DNA of 58,553 bases, filler included, from Porpidia crustulata (Eukaryota): the NCBI GenBank assembly GCA_964255105.1. It is 9 parts of 9 records of this genome, joined end to end, with 100 filler letters (N's around TTAATTAATTAA, not from the genome) between each part and the next. Parts side by side here need not be neighbours in the genome. Positions count along the whole stretch, not along the records: positions 13,058 to 19,479 come from CAXUWE010001547.1; positions 19,580 to 25,999 come from CAXUWE010001548.1; positions 26,100 to 32,514 come from CAXUWE010001549.1; 6 more parts are not named here. One strand, given 5' to 3'. This document shows positions 13,289-26,181 of the stretch, piece after piece. The notes below the pieces were generated by a model, which worked only from the letters and a program-made list of their open reading frames with translations, made no database searches and was not told the DNA's origin. The number at the start of each line of letters is the position of its first letter. The stretch's first letter is position 1. Made by a program: the position numbers and the translations under genes.

Positions 13289-16200
13289 TCAACGAGGTGG
13301 TGGACCAATTGGCACCGGGTATCCATTGGTAGAATGAGAAGTGCTGGGGCGCCCGCTGTCAAATGAGGCCCGGGTATCATGCTTCGGAGTCGTGTCGCCA
13401 GGGGCTGCGGTAAAGGGGAATTTGTTTTCGAACCGGGTCGGCCAACCGTTATGAACTTCATCTTCGGGAAGGTTCACTCCACTGTCATTCCACGGGTTAC
13501 GATAGCCACTTTCGCGAGACTCCATAGAAACGAGTGAGGCTCGGGAGGCATTGGACGAGGCGTGTTTGAAGAAGGAACCGGGAGATCCGGACTGGTTCTT
13601 GCGACGGTCGAGGAAAGATGAAATGGAAGAGATGCTGCCGGGTTTGCGAAGCTTATCGAAGAGGGAGCCACGGTCGCTGGCATCATCGCCAAAAGTAGAT
13701 CTTGTGGGCGAATCTGTCCCAAGTGGAGCAGGCGCATGTTGAAGAAGCTTTGAGTCGAAGAATGGCAGAGAATCCTCAAATGAGTCGGATTTAGGCCGGG
13801 GAATCGCACCCTTGACGGTGGAAGCCTCCAAGCCATGAGGGATTAGGCGAGAAACCAAAAAGTCAATAGCATCCTTTAGACCACCGGCATTATTGCGAGT
13901 GTAGGCAAGTAAAAGGCGTTCTTCACCATTTGCAGATTCATCACGGTCTTCGTGCGCAATGGAGTCGTCCTGTACAAGCATATCGACTTCATACTGGTTC
14001 TTGAGCTTCTGGCGGACATCGGTTTCGAATTGACTCGACTTGAAGAATTCCCTCAATTGGGGACGTGCTGGCAGGACGAGCTCATGACTCTCTGGGACCA
14101 TACCCTGTAAAGTCGTCAACACATGACCATAGTGTCACAAAGAAAGAACAAACCAGAAATTCATAGACGGCCTGAGGAACTTGATATTCAGGACCAGAGA
14201 TTGTGACTACGTCACTTGCCATTTCCGTACTTGGAAAATCGATCTTGCAATTCCATTTCTTCTCGAGTTCTTCAATCTCACTCATTCGAGCAATGAGTTC
14301 TCTATGGTACAAGCGATTTATGACGACCGTCTCCGAGACGAACTCTGCGTCCTTTACGACACAACGAACAAGTTAGATTGGGGTGGATGATTCGTGAAGC
14401 GTGCTGGGAGAATCCTCCTCCAATTCTTCAGGTTCACGTACCACTTTCTCGACCATGTCCATAATTTCTTGCTTCACCATGTCTAGGCTCTGAGCGTTTC
14501 GTGCAGGTGTTCGACAGATGACGTTGTCAACTTTGATATCATCATCTTCTTTGCCAATACCTCCACGATCCATGGCGTTGGAAAATTTGACAAAGACTGA
14601 ATATTTTTTCATGATTCGTTGAATGTGCTGCCCACCAATGCCGATAATACGCTTATGGTATTGGTCCGGGACATGGAAAGAAATCGAGGCAGGCATTTCT
14701 TGCTCCACAAGATCAAGGCCGTTTTTTGTAGCTTCGTATTGGGCACCACAGACGTCAATATAAAAGTTGTATTCGTTGAAGCCGTCGAATATTATTTGGA
14801 CATTACCTGGCAATCATTAGCTTTGTCTTTAGCCCGTGTCTTGTATACATACTCTGTCCCATAATTTTGTTAATCTTCCCATTCTTCTTTCCACTCACAA
14901 ACTCCTTGTGCTCGTTGGCAAGCTCGATTTTAACCCGTATTTGATACTGTGCACGCTTCACGAATGGTATTTGGTGTATCACCATCATAGCAGCTTTCAC
15001 AGAATCGTCGGACCCATTGATTGAGAATGTGAGTTTGTCGAAACCAACGTCGGCGCCGGAATTGGTACAAATATCTGAAAGCATGGTACGGATATCGGCG
15101 GGTGATGGAGCTCGTATGGCGGTGCCGTTCGAGTCTGGTAACAATAACCACCAAGATGCACCGTAGAATTGACCGGCCTATCAGAGATCAATACATGCTT
15201 TCTCCCATCCTCATCCAACAGAACCTACCAAGGCCATGATCTCCCGCACAGTCCGCTCCACGTGCAAAATTTCTGTACCTTGCACTCTGATCAAGCCACG
15301 CTGGCTGCCAAGTTGTGGAAACAAAACGTAGGATCCATTGGTCTCCATAACCTTGCGGACCTTATCGAGACGATCCAATAGTATGCTGTCAATCTTGTGC
15401 GCCGATACCATCACATCCTTGACATAGCATTTGGTGTTCAAGACTAGCTCATGCAACTTCTTCTTTGCCTGATTGATTGACTCTTGGTTATCTCCGGTAA
15501 TATAGATCTCGTCTTCACCTCTTCGATGTGCCCCAGGTGGAGTGTAGCCGTAGACTCGAGGAAACGGGGGTGGGAAGTATATTGCGGTATTTGTGGCAGA
15601 TTCAATCAACCGAATGTTCTTGCGCGTTCGGCCACAGATTATGGTGTGCAGAGAGAGCTCGAGTTTCATTACATCGACGGTGCGTTTGAGCTATATGGTT
15701 AATTAGTACATCGCCTTGCTACCAGCTTATTGACTAGAATCTCACCACTTGATCAATCATGATCAGGACTCTTGTCTTTGCATGTTCACAGCTCTCCGGA
15801 TCTCCGAATATTGCGATACGAAGTCGCTGGTCGAACCCTTGGTCGGTACCATTGCTATAACTCGAACTCGGACCCTCGGGATTCGAGGGTTTTGGATTCA
15901 ATAGGAAGATGTCTGTGCCAGTGAACTTGGCCAGAATGTCGATATGCTCGAGAACATTAGCTCGGACGCCCTTTTGATCTTGGTCGATAACAAGATTCGT
16001 ATCAATATCAACCATAGCACATCTCTGTGACTTATATTAGTGGCCACCTAAACCGGCAAGCTAATGGTGGATTACCAATGCAATCGGGGTATCATTCAGG
16101 ATCCGAGCTCTCATCTTATGCACAATATCCGCATCTCCAGAAACACAAACGTTGGTCACAAGACCTTTTAAAGGCCTTCGCTGTAATGCCGGTATCGGTT

Positions 16201-16609
16201 TTGGTTCAGATGAGGTCACTGTAGCTTCCACTCGACCTCCACTGCCCTCACCGAGGATCCTACATAGCCTCCTCAGCTGCTCAACATTATTGGCGTGTAC
16301 GGGAAGCTTGTGGGTCGGTGCATCTTCTTCGATTCCTTCCGGAAATGTCCATCTTCGCGCAGCTTCCGGACTGGCGTGCAGGATTTCCTCCACATCCGGC
16401 CCGTTGAGATTAGAAGCGAACGGTACATTAAAGGACAGATTGACCATGGTATCGGCCGGGGTGAGTGGCGACATGGGAGATGAAGCTGTAGGGCGTTTGA
16501 TGGCTTGTGGCATGGAGAGGTCCATATTCGGCCTCGACATTAGGCCAGCAGGCGTAATCTTCTCGAAGCCATGTCGAGCCTGTCCCGCAAAGTTACCGAA
16601 CCTCTGCAT
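13289..16609 (-). CDS. Multi-KH-domain RNA-binding protein (Mug60/YLL032C-like), multi-exon
   Basis: KH loops HTIICGRTRKNI, HKEFVSGKKNGKI, HKRIIGIGGQHI; consecutive ORFs linked by canonical introns. Confidence 0.85.
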
Positions 16610-17627
16610 ACTGACCCACTATCAAGCTGCCTCCGCAATGCCGACAAAAAAGGAAGGGGAATGGGGAAGAAGCATTCGTTGCGGCTGTGCTCGATGAAGG
16701 CGAATCGAGCTCGGGTGGAATGATTTGGCCGAGTTGGCGGACGAGAGAGAGGTAAGGTAGGTAGAGGGTGTGTGTATGTAAGATAGCCTAGCGCGGAGAC
16801 GAGTGAGTGTCCGATACCTACGCCGTACGGAACACGGATACAGGATACATATTGATTACGCAATTATGTTCCGACCAATTCACATACACACAATATATTC
16901 TGCTTGAATGAAATGGACAGTCTGAATATCTGAACCATCCGCGAGTCAACGAGGGGTCTGTATCGACTCCGCACAATAGATAGTGAGAACGTGGTAGTAT
17001 TGGTCTGTCTGTAACGATGATTGGGTGCGGTAATCTAGGCTACCTATGACGGACTATTGCTCGCGATCAAGCAGGTTTGTGGCCTAAATTTGGATTATTA
17101 TTATGATTTATTGTGATTACTAGATATTTCCGTGGATTTGTGCAAGCTGCTCACGTGACACATGTGCTATTCACATCGTATAAGTTATAAATTGTGAATA
17201 CCTCTCGGCTAGAGCTTCCATATCTCTATTGCTGCTCGCTTCTCTCCCTCCAGACCGATATGAAGTGATTGAGTTGGTCAGATAAATAATAGTAGTACAA
17301 GCAAATACATTAGAATTATGGAATGGAAAGCATTTCCGAGATACGCAGACTATGAGGCGTCTGCCCTATCAATAAGTAGTCCAAGTCTTGTCTGTGAACA
17401 TTGTGGTGCCAAAGAGACACGACAAACAGGAGGCAGCGGCCGTCAAAACCATCACTGCACCTCCACGAGAATCAGCTCTGTTCTGATGATCCTCGAGCTG
17501 AGATAGACTTCTCCGAGGTCCAACCGTTTCCAAGCACAGACACTCAGCCAGTGCGTCACAACCGTTGCAACGGCCTCACGTCTGTACTTCCTAGTGCCTT
17601 GTAAAGGTCAATGTCGTTTGCTACCCT

Positions 17628-19479
17628 TTACTCCACAAAGCGTGTCCCCCTCAACCCGTCCGCGTAGTGATATTGCGGCCGCTCCGCTACCGCATAATCT
17701 ATTGGCCGAGCGTAGTCATCTTCCGCTCGTACACTCATCTGTCGACTGGCTTGCGGAATCGGCTCTCGCCTGCCTCCGAGACTGACGATCCGGTTTTGTT
17801 CAGGTTGCACACTTTGTATTCTTGCAATCTCCTCGCGAGGAATCTCATATCGGCTGCTCACTGGCCGTACGCTCGGTAGTCTCGTCCCAGCGTCCCTCGG
17901 CACGATGGCCTCTTCGTATCGATTGGCCATACGGGGATCAATGTACTCCACTACTCGGACGCCATCATGAAGGGCAGGGGGAGGATATTCGCCATAAACC
18001 ATGCCAGTCTCTCTATCAATTACAGGTCTACCTCTCGAAGGTGGAGCGTACTCAATATAACGTGGCGAGGTCGGCGAGGGTATCCTAGGTAGATATTGCC
18101 TGTTGTCATAAGCCTCCACCAAGCGAGGATCCCGATCACTTGCATTGTGTGGAGATATTTCTTCGTATCGAGGGGCAAACTCGTTTGGACGACGCATAGG
18201 CACAACAGAGCCGTGCCGAGAAGGATACGCTTCGGCTTCAATGTATCTCGATCCACGTTCGTCTTGTATGGGGCGTCTTGCTGGTGGCGCCATTGGCACA
18301 GCCTCGCGTATCGACGGGGTTGCGCGCGTTGTGCGTGGTATTGGAGAATTAGACCGATCCCGACCAAGGTACATGGCTGATGGTGACTGAGCAGATGCTC
18401 TGTAATCTCTTGCCTGGCCTGATGGTGGAAAGTATTGTGGGACTGGAACGTACAACTGAGGAGCAGCTCGAGTCGTTGCTGGTTGTGGGACGTACACTTG
18501 AGAAGCAGCTCGGGCCGAAGCTGGTTGTGGAACAGCATACTGCACATCAGGGGATAATGGAACCCTTACTTGTCTGGCACTCACAACGCGACGAAGATCC
18601 GGTTCGTCATACGTATCTAAATGATGCCCAGCTCTAGAAACCAAACGTCGCACGGCGGGAGTGTTTGGCCTCCGTTCCTCAGGTAAGTAGTTTTCCGCAC
18701 GACGATCGAAAGGTATGGCGTTATGAATCACACGCTCTTGGCCCCTGATTTGAGGCGAGTCGTTACCTATGTATATTGGTGGTGGATTCTCTCGCCTACG
18801 TGGGGGCTGCCACACCCCCGAAGGCCCTGACAATGGGGGAGGCGACATTGGTTCATCCTTGATACGAATCATAGGAGAATCTACATCTCGTCTTGGGACA
18901 ACGTTGCGAGCCGATCGACCAGCGCCCACCTCCCTTCTCCGCTTCCTTGAGCTCAAAGGTTGGAGAGACACATTCTGGCTCGACTTTGGGCTGAGTATCT
19001 CCACGCGGGCTCCTTGGAAAGTGTCTTCGTTCTCCACAACATTGTTACCTCTCTGTGCAAGGGGTGGGACTTTGGCGACAGCGAGCGGTGAAACACGTGC
19101 AGGCTGAGGCGCAACTGGGGACGTTATGTGGTTTCTAATCACCCGCATATCATTTTGCATGACGGAAGGAGCGATATTATGATGCCGATCATACTCACGT
19201 GCTGGAATTCGGTGATTGAGCGGAGGTAGCCGTGTAGGCTCTCGTCGTTGGTCTTCCTCAAGCTCGACGACCCTTCGTCCCTGTGTGTACTGCTCGTGGA
19301 AGCTTGGCATTCGAGCGTCAGGTGGTGAGTACATCGGCTCGTCATCAGAGGGGTCTTTTGCAAGGTTGATTGTTGTCGGCTCATTACTAGCACTCTGCTG
19401 CGATTTAAGCAGGCGGAGCTGCTCTTCGAGCTCGGCAATGCGGCTCGAATTCGATGCTGGGGCGGGGGCGGTGGGGGTG
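17628..19479 (-). CDS. Pro/Arg-rich, probably disordered hypothetical protein; 5' part lost at contig end
   Basis: Open frame of more than 600 codons running from the gap to a stop at 17628; coiled-coil RIAELEEQLR near the break. Confidence 0.8.
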
Positions 19480-19579
19480 NNNNNNNNNNNNNNNNNNNNN
19501 NNNNNNNNNNNNNNNNNNNNNNNTTAATTAATTAANNNNNNNNNNNNNNNNNNNNNNNNNNNNNNNNNNNNNNNNNNNN
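19480..19579. other. Artificial contig linker
   Basis: N44-TTAATTAATTAA-N44. Confidence 0.99.
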
Positions 19580-19588
19580 GGTGGGCGC

Positions 19589-19621
19589 TGTCTCGTTTGA
19601 GGGTGTGTCTCGTTTGAGGGT
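19589..19621. repeat. Direct repeat TGTCTCGTTTGAGGGT x2 (17-nt period)
   Basis: Two exact 16-nt copies separated by 1 nt. Confidence 0.8.
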
Positions 19622-20393
19622 AGACTACGTTAGTAGTCATCCTTATGTCATCCGCGTGATGTCAACCAATGATATCAAGGCCGGAGCAACGTCCGACCGC
19701 CGTCTGTACCATCTGTGCCTCAACCGATGACTAACGTAACAAGCTGCACAGCTGCACCACTATTAATATTGATTCATGAAGTCAGGAAGTGATATCGTGC
19801 CTCGTCTCATAGCTACAGAATCGACGAGCACAGGAAGATGCAAAAGTATGATAACATTCAGGTCCTCCATCTGTACTATCTATACGATTGCCTATGGATA
19901 AACCATTTATCTTGACAAATTTGGCGCTCTCAGAAATTTCGTTATGCAGTTTTGGGCAGAGTAATTTCAAGGGTTCAAAACCTTAATTCGGTCGGACATC
20001 GGAGGAAGTCCCGGCTTCTCAAAACACCTACATTTGCCACCTGATACGTTCAACCTGACTTTGCTTCGGTCCAGATATATATCTTACTCCTACCAAATTG
20101 GGACACCACTGCACAAGTCAATTCTCAGTGCTCAGGATCGTCTTACCTTAGCCCGCAAACATTTTTTCGATGGAAGTATCGTAGGTACTACCCACTAGCA
20201 AGTCGTACTACTCCTCCTTACTTACTTATTGCCATGCAAGATTCCACAATCCATGTCCTTCCCCTCCCTGCCTTGGTCGCCTTTACCTTGGCTTCACTTA
20301 AAAGGCCCGGCGTTGGGCAGTCGATGATTTCGTCAACTTCGACGGGGCCCTCTTTGACGCAGGCACACGAACGAGACTGCATTGTCCTCAATC

Positions 20394-23300
20394 ATGAACG
20401 ACGATTCTCCAACATCAAGAGACCATGACCACGCAGGTCGTAGCCAGAAAACGCAGTCTTCACAGCAAAACGAGGTACCGCATTCAGGAGGCATGAAGGT
20501 AAATACAAGCGCTGAAGGACACACCATTCAACATAAGTGCGGTCCCAATTCCCCAGGCTCTTCGTCTGTGAGCTTTCCTTTTGGGCAGTTAAGTCCTACT
20601 ACTACAGATCGTGTGTTTCCAATCAGATCGTTCGTCTCTGTTGATTCTACACCTACGCCTGCCCCAGGAAGTCGCGTCGAACTACCTAGTGACAATGGGT
20701 TTCGTGCGACGATGTCAAGTGGTAGTGATAGCACCAGTGCTTCAAATGGTGGGTTACGATCTGGTCCGCATTCAGATTCGCCCAGCACCACCTATGCTAC
20801 AGAACATGAGTCGGATTTTGTAAATCATGGCACTCCGTCTAAGCTTCGTCGTGATACAGGGACTCCGCGATATAGAAGTGCCGGGCAGCGGCCATCTGGA
20901 AATGAACACCAAACAAAATCAATGTCAAATGAAGAAAGAGTTGGCGAAGGGAGCTCGACAAAAGGTGTGGCTCGGAGTAACTCATTGTTGTCTGGAAGTA
21001 CGCCTAACGTGGCCGGATCATTGGGTGGAGCTGCCGCCATAGATCACAGTGGAGAAATACCCAAATCTACGGGGGAGCTCCTCACCACCCGATTCAAGCA
21101 TGTTATGGCTAAAGATGGTCACGCGGTCGTTGATGGTCGAGACGGAGACGTTTTGCAGCGTTGTGAAGATGAACCAATACACATCCCAGGGGCTGTCCAA
21201 GGATTTGGGCTTCTGATTGCCCTTCAGGAAGATGATGAGGGCATGTTCAAAGTTAGAGTAGTTAGCGAGAATTCTAACCGGATTATTGGCTACACTCCTA
21301 AACAGCTTTTTGACCTTGATAGCTTCTGTGATATCCTTTCAGAAGAGCAAACGGATAACCTGATTGATCATATTGATTTCATCAGGGAAGATGACGCAGA
21401 CCCTGCGACCAACGGGCCTGAAGTCTTTACTCTTGCTATACGACCACCATCGAAAAGATCACAAAGAAATCTGTGGTGTGCTATGCACGCAAACATAAAC
21501 AACCAGGACCTAATCATCTGTGAATTTGAGCTCGAGGATGATACCCTATATCCGTTGGTACCTCCTGATGAAACGACCCCCGAGCCGCCTGAAGATACTT
21601 TACGCATCAATCCCACGGCAGAAGAGTTTGCCGAAAGTACTGTTAACCCAAGCAAACCTCTGCGTGTCCTTCGGGGTGCCAGGAAACGAAAAGGTGAAGC
21701 TGCAGCAATGGAAGTCTTTAACATTATGTCGCAAGTACAAGAACAGCTGGCGAACGCCCCAAATCTTGAGATGTTCCTTAAGGTCCTTGTTGGCGTTGTG
21801 AAAGAGCTGACAGGGTTTCATCGTGTGATGGTTTACCAATTTGATCATGCATGGAATGGAAGGGTAGTCACAGAGCTAGTAGATCCGAGAGCAACTAAGG
21901 ATCTGTACAAGGGACTAAAATTCCCGGCCTCAGACATACCTAAGCAAGCAAGAGATTTGTACATGATCAACAAAGTCCGGCTACTTTATGATCGAGATCA
22001 AGAGACTGCTCGTTTGGTATGTCGGACGTTGGAGGATCTCGAAAGACCGCTTGATCTGACATATGCGTATCTCCGTGCAATGTCCCCGATCCATATCAAA
22101 TACCTTGCGAATATGGCTGTCCGTGCTTCAATGTCCATATCAATCAACGCCTTTGATGAACTCTGGGGCCTTATAGCATGTCATTCTTACGGTTCGAAAG
22201 GCATGCGAGTCTCCTTTCCAATTCGCAAGATGTGTAGGTTGGTGGGTGATTCCGCCTCACGAAACATAGAAAGGCTATCGTATGCCTCCCGATTGCAAGC
22301 ACGGAAACTCATCAACACTATGCCCACCGAGAATAATCCATCAGGCTACATTATTGCCTCGTCAGATGATTTGCTCAAACTATTCGACGCCGACTGTGGT
22401 CTTCTTTCAATTAGAGGAGAAACAAAAATCTTGGGGAAACCCGAGCAAACCCAGGAGGCTCTGGCAATGCTAGAATATCTGCGCCTTCGAAAGATCAGTT
22501 CTGTTACTACATCATCCAACATCGGAGCTGATTTCCCCGATCTACGATATCAACCTGGTTTCACTGTCATCGCCGGCTTGTTACTCGTTCCTTTGTCTGT
22601 GGTTGGTACCGATTTTATTGTGTTCTTTCGGAAGGGTCAAACTCGGGAAGTCCGATGGGCCGGCAATCCTTATGAGAAGTTTATTAAACAGGGAACAGAT
22701 GGCTTTCTTGAACCGCGAAAGAGCTTCAAAACATGGAGTGAGACTGTGGTAGGCAGTTGTAGAGAATGGACCGAAGAGCAGGTCGAGACCGCGGCTGTCT
22801 TATGTCTGGTGTATGGAAAATTCATTGACGTGTGGAGGCAGAAAGAAGCTGCATTGCAGAAGAGTCAATTCACTCGACTGTTGTTGGCGAACTCGGCACA
22901 TGAAGTCAGAACGCCGCTGAATGCTATTATCAATTATCTTGAGATAGCTTTAGAAGGCTCTCTCGACCCGGAAACGAGGGAGAACCTATCCAAGTCACAT
23001 TCGGCTTCCAAGTCACTTATATACGTCATCAACGATCTACTCGACCTCACTAAAATCGAAGAAGGCCACGATCTTATCAAGGACGAAGTGTTTGATTTGC
23101 CAGCAACAGTGAGAGAAGCAAGTGAATATTTCGTGGGGGATGCAAAACGAAAAAAGATATCGTATGAGGTTATTGAGAATCCGGGTATACCTCAATTTGT
23201 TGTCGGAGACCAGAGACGCGTGCGACAAGCAATATCAAACGTCACTGCTAATGCCATACAACATACAAACAATGGTGCGGTAAAGATAGAACTCTGGCTA

Positions 23301-24974
23301 GTCAATCGCGGTGAAGATTCTGTCAATATAGACATTGTTGTACAAGACACAGGAGAAGGAATGCTACCTCAGAAACTCAATCAGCTATTCAATGAACTTG
23401 AGGAGATTCAATCTGAGAATGATGAGGGGCTCCAGGAAAAACTTGCCTCCGGAGATCATACGATCATAGGCAAAGAGAGCGGTAAGAAAACCCTCGGACT
23501 CGGCCTTGCGTTTGTAGCTCGAGTAGTTCATAACATGAATGGTCAGCTCAGACTCAAATCGGAGGAAGGTAAGGGATCGAGATTTGTCATACAGCTTGCC
23601 TTTAGCTTGCCAGAAGGTATTGAAGGTAGAGATGTGAAACGAAGCGCAGTCAATGCTGGTGTTGGGCCTCCTGAGAACCAGCCAACAACACCTCCAATCG
23701 AGGTTGGAGAGGTCATGCTAGTGAACAGAAGTGCGCAGAGGTCGTCGCATGAGGTTTCTGGCAAATCGTCGCGCCGCAAAAGTAACGAGAGTATGGATAG
23801 CACAAAGATCGCGAATAGTCTCAAAAGCTTCAAGAGTGGGTCGAGTGCGAGAAGCGATGTAGATCGACTGATCGATGCAGTCCAAGAACCACCTATGGGA
23901 ACTAAAAAACACTCTACAGGTCTAGATGTCTACTCTCCGCCCAATAGCAATCGACGTCAACGAAGGGTGTCATCCCGACGACCTAGTACCCTGTCCCGTT
24001 CTCAGTCGTTGTCGGACCGAATTCCACAATCGAAAACCCCGGGCCAAATGGCTATCAATGGTTCTAAAACTCCCATAAGACCTGTACGAATCCAAGGAGT
24101 GGACAGTCAAGGATCACCTGTGTCAGAAATCGCTCCAAGAACTCCAGCACGCATGTTATTTGATGTTCAGGATAATGCCAAGGAGTGTACTACCCGTTTG
24201 ACAGCGGATAAGCTGAACGTGCTAGTGGCAGAAGACGACCCCATCAATAGCAAAATCGTAAAAAAGCGATTAGAGAAGATAGGACATGTAGTTCATTTGA
24301 CGGTCAATGGCGAGGAATGCGCTGCGGCGTACGGAGAGAGTCCTACTACATATGACGTCGTCTTGATGGATATACAGGTGAGCACTTGGAGAGCGTCTGA
24401 AACACTTCTATAAGTATGTACCTGATTGTTTGATTAGATGCCGATTGTCGATGGCCTTGCGTCGACTAGGCTGGTCCGATCATACGAGAAGACGCACCCT
24501 GCAAATCATCTATCGGACCGTGCAACATTGAACGGCCGAATCCCAGTCTTTGCTGTCTCGGCTTCCTTGGTAGAGAAAGAGCGCCAGGTGTATATCGATG
24601 GCGGCTTTGACGGCTGGATCCTCAAGCCTATCGACTTCCGGCGGCTCAATATTCTGCTATCTGGTATCGTGGAAATGAACATCCGAGTAGATTGTTTGTA
24701 CAAGCCTGGCAATTGGGAGAAAGGCGGATGGTTTTCACAGGAACAGCCGAACGTCTTCACTGCGGCGCCAATGCCATCGATCAAAGCGCCGGTCCTTAGC
24801 ACGGGACCAGCCTCGGGTCCCGTAGAGCCACTTGGGGATCGGACAGATACGGAGCGAGATCGTCTCAACACACTTGAGACTGACGCTGTGCATTCGAGCT
24901 CCGAGCCGCAAGAGCTCGACCAATCTGGCAAGCTCAGTCAGTGTGTCGTGGAAGACTACACGCACCTACCCTAA
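20394..24974 (+). CDS. fphA: Fungal phytochrome (red-light sensing hybrid histidine kinase: N-terminal extension-PAS-GAF-PHY-HK-REC), 1 intron 24378-24437
   Basis: Chromophore Cys in QRCEDEPIHIPGAVQ, GAF motif FPASDIP, PHY motif PRKSF, H-box NSAHEVRTPLNAI, G-boxes DTGEG/GLGL, receiver VVLMDIQMP. Confidence 0.96.
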
Positions 24975-25999
24975 CATGGCTTCAAATCTCGCCTTGTTCA
25001 ACCTGGGTGTTACAGGTACCGCTTTAACGTAAGAGGCATACCACCTTGTGTGCGCCAGCTGCCGTCCAGAGTTCAGCTCCGTGTCGCGGGTAGAGGATGA
25101 TTCTTACTTTCCCCCAGTATCGGGTGTGGGACCCCGTTTGACATTTTCCCGAGTGATGATGTTAGCGATGACGTTCGACGGTGTACGCCGTGGAGCCGTA
25201 GGATAAGCATATACCTGGGCGTTTTTTATTTGCTTTCAACGCCCTCGTGGCTCATGGTCATGATCCAGCCATGATCGTTGTCAATACACATATTTCCATT
25301 CAAGCCGAGCGCACAAAGATAGCAGTGCTCACATGAAATAATTATTGTCAGGCTCCGCCGTGGATGCACAGGTGTCCGGGATGACATTTTGATATGCCCA
25401 TCAACGGCGTTTATTGACCTGTCTAACGGGCCGATGTTTCCAACTTTTAGCCGGGACGAGTGAGGCCTCCCATTGGCAGTGTGGAAGCGAAAGGAACGAT
25501 TGGGGGGCGGGTCCGCACGTGGAAACCATGTGCTAGACACGTTCTAGAAGTGTATTATAGTCCATCATCATTACGCCGAGTCAGCCACGAATACGAAGGA
25601 GTGTTGACACCATCATAGTTTTATGACCAAGGGACTGATCGATCAGATCAGATTGGTGCATGACTGCATATGATAAGCGGCGAGGTGGGTGTCTGTAGCA
25701 GTGTAGGCATATCATTGCACCGAGTGTGGTGCGCCATCGGTTGAATGAGTGAAGAGAGAACAGTGAAGAGTGAAGCTGAAACAAACGCCACAGATCTAGA
25801 ATGCAAAACGATAGTAGAACACAACATGCAGAGAGAGATACCTAGGGAGGAGCGGTGGATCAGACGTCTAAGCGATGGACCAATCACAAGACTTCAGCCC
25901 CCAGCTTGTATTGCCGACGACTTCACAGTAAAGGCCTGAGGGCAGTTTGGAGGACGGCCCCGGTTCCGCTCTGTCTCCGCCTCCGCCACCCTCTTTACC

Positions 26000-26099
26000 N
26001 NNNNNNNNNNNNNNNNNNNNNNNNNNNNNNNNNNNNNNNNNNNTTAATTAATTAANNNNNNNNNNNNNNNNNNNNNNNNNNNNNNNNNNNNNNNNNNNN
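26000..26099. other. Artificial contig linker
   Basis: N44-TTAATTAATTAA-N44. Confidence 0.99.
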
Positions 26100-26181
26100 C
26101 TCCGCCAGTAAGTATCACCAACCGCCCCTTTCCACAAGACGAGCCACCAGGTCCCGCTGACCCCCCCTTCCACTTCACCCA

